From Lingula anatina (taxonomy: Eukaryota; Animalia; Brachiopoda), in NCBI GenBank assembly GCA_051362555.1, contig CM120645.1, forward strand, positions 11,408,001 through 11,472,000: 64,000 bases of DNA, in the 5' to 3' direction. The first letter of the stretch is position 1. Each line of letters begins with the position of its first letter. The notes under the pieces are model-generated. The model saw nothing but the letters and a program-made list of their open reading frames with translations, was not told where the DNA came from and made no database searches. The position numbers were made by a program, and so were the translations under genes. This document shows, piece by piece, positions 61,526-64,000 of this stretch.

Positions 61526-63586
61526 ATGAAGAAAATAAAGCACATGTTTGGTAAAGGTGAGGCGAACATCAGCGGTCACTCGAGTGGTGGACAGAATGAC
61601 CAACCGTTCACCATCTCAGGCCCTACGGACGTTAAACACACGCTGCACGCTGAACATGACGCCCATAGCGGACAAATACAGGGGCTGCCGAAAGAGTGGT
61701 CACGGTGGCTGGTAGAATCCAAAATCAGGTACCGTGTGTCAATAACATTAAGTGTAATTTTTGTCTTTACCAAACGTAGATACAAGAGTGCACGCACGTG
61801 TGATATATTATGTGTTTGTGTGTATGAGGGGGAAGGGGGGGGGCGCGATAGCATGTATCCGAGTTAATACAAGAGGGCACTAAGGGCCGTGAGTAAAATA
61901 CTTTAGACCCCCCCCCCCCCCCGAAAAAAAGAAAGAAATTTGACGACGAGGCACATTAGGAGTATAAAGCTTCAAAACGTTTTGATAATGTTTAAATTTC
62001 AATAATATTTCAATAGTCGTTTCTTAGTGTATTAGTTAAATTTCGATAGGGATAATTTTGAACAACATTTCTCTGTGCTACAAATTCTAGTCTTTTGAAA
62101 GATCTAACTCAGTGTACTGACCAACGTGTTATCAAGTGCATGAATATGTCTTTTTTCGATCTTATTTAGCTTAAGCGATCAGAAGCAAAACCCAGGTTTG
62201 GTGGTCAATGCCATGAAGCTACTGGACAACCGGCACACAGCCACTGGGGAGAAATACATGGACTTTCAAAAATGGAACTCCCAGGATTCTCTTGACCACG
62301 TGAGTGACACATCCTCAGAAAGCGGAGCCACGCCCACCGATGACGACGTGAGTATATATCACCGGCAGCATTCACACTAATATTTTAATACGGCGAATAC
62401 ATATCGCTTTATTTGACGTCGTAGTCTATTTAGTAATAATGCTTTCAATTCAAAGTTACATAAAGTAATAGCTCTTTTAATTCGAAATTTCGCGATTTTA
62501 GTGAAAGTTGAGAGATGAGTTTGATGGCTTAGGCCTACATCTGCTAAAAAGACGTTCGAAAATATCCTCAGTGCGATTAGAAGACAATTGTTGCAATATA
62601 TCCTTCGTATGCCTGGATTCATGCGAATTTCGACTTGAAATGCTACGTGATAGTTAAATGTATTTTTACTTTCTTGTGTTATCCATATATTTATTATGTT
62701 TTTACAGATACTTTAATATAGATCTATAATTTACATTTTAAATATTAAACGAATCACTATCATATCATAAATATAGATTGAACGATTACAAACTGTGGAC
62801 CTAGCTTTTAGTATAGGATGCAGGCGAACCTTCCTTTCACAAGAGTAGAATGGGTCAGCTGTGCAGGTTGTGACCTAGTTGTGTTTGATGTCATGCATCT
62901 TATGTACATTATTGCAGTAGTTGTGATGAATGTGTTCTCACCACGGCACTGTTATAAGAAGAAACCAATCTCTTTAGGGCGTATTTCCAGAGCTTTTAGA
63001 TCGATCTATCCCCGCGGGGAGTCTCATTAGAGTACTGTCAGATAATCTGGCTTAAATGTCCGTCCCGCCCATACAAGCTGTAAGGGGGTAATTAACTTTC
63101 GTGCCTGCTCGGCTGACAGCTATTTAGCGTGAACCCCCAGGGAGTTAGGTCGATCTAAATTAGATCGATCTAATCTCTGGGAATGGGGTCTAAACGGGTT
63201 ACTGATCTTGCTGTTACGAGTACATTGTTATATTTTATTTCAAAAGATGCATGTATGCACAGGAAAGTAAAGCTAACCTCCTGACATTTATTCTGCCAAT
63301 CTGATAAACTTATTACTTGACAGGGCTAGAAGGCAGCACTTTATTTTCCTGTATTAAAAAAAAAAAAAAAAAAACTACATGCAGGTTAAATATACCAAGG
63401 AAGGAGATTGGGTTCATCACACGACCTTGCTCTTTGTTTCAGCAAACGCCGGGGTTTGACTATAGACGATATCTTGTCTCGTTATACGAAGACGCCGAGT
63501 TGAACCAACACTGTATTGAGGAGAAAGTGGAGAAAATGAGGCTAGAACGAGACCAGGTGGTGGGCGGGACCACAGGTGTCAAACAG
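61526..63586 (+). CDS. Second PAK-like gene, 5' part only (diverged CRIB / autoinhibitory region); probably continues beyond the window
   Basis: Acceptor at 61509, Kozak CCACCATG; exons 61526-61728 (ISGPTDVKHTLHAE..GLPKEWSRWLVESKI), 62170-62347 (DQKQNPGLVVNAM..KY..SQDSLD), probable 63443-63586. First intron position and phase match the PAK at 33387. Kinase domain is not in the window. Confidence 0.8.
62977..63190 (-). mobile_element. MITE, family 2 copy in inverted orientation
   Basis: tta|gggcgtatttccagagcttttagatcga ... tctctgggaatggggtc|taa; reverse complement of 59643-59856. Confidence 0.8.
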
Positions 63587-64000
63587 GTAAATTAAAGGTA
63601 TACTGAATGGATTTGAACTTTTCCAAAGTCAAATTTTCTATGGGTACATATCCTGTAAAGCTACTATTCTTTCCTAATTCAGACCTAAAAAAAAACAAAC
63701 TATTAAGCCCCTCTAATTCAAGTATTTGAATTCGATGTACGGAAGACATGGCGCCCATACATTTGGAACTTATTTTTTAAATTAAAAATGGAATAAAACA
63801 TAGACGGGTCGGGCAATGACCCATGAGTAGGAGAAATTTTTTTCCGAAAAAAAAAACATATTGGTGCGTAAATCTCGTATAGAGTACCTTTAATTAAAGT
63901 AAAACAAACGATGGTGGATTTATACTTGTGTTGAAAAAAGGAGTGAATGTTTTTTTCTGTCTCGCTTAGCCAATACCTACAGTAACGCCAAAATATCACT

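Overview
AT-rich, intron-rich eukaryotic DNA from an invertebrate animal; a mollusc or other lophotrochozoan is my inference from gene and transposon types. Genes, reconstructed by hand from GT-AG splice sites: (1) two tandem minus-strand paralogs (4650-9074 and 11393-17641) encoding secreted proteins built as signal peptide, cationic Cys/Trp segment, Thr linker, non-canonical C-type lectin domain (CTLD), 13-aa Thr/Ser mucin repeats and a C-terminal VWC-like domain; the second copy carries an internal duplication of the lectin module, with an in-frame chimeric exon and a later deletion; (2) an SDR9C-like short-chain dehydrogenase (18921-24101, minus); (3) a group I PAK kinase (27076-33577, minus) whose probable 5' non-coding exon lies head-to-head with (4) RRP9/U3-55K (46445-54306, plus); (5) the 5' part of a second PAK-like gene with a diverged CRIB motif (61526 onward, plus). 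Mobile DNA includes a degenerate Tc1 (DD34E), a TTAA-flanked Kolobok-like element, an internally deleted hAT-like element, a Helentron-type (HINE) element, a MULE transposase relic and many MITEs. The lectin-mucin-VWC cluster is the most novel-looking system. No database searches were run; exon boundaries and family assignments are manual readings.
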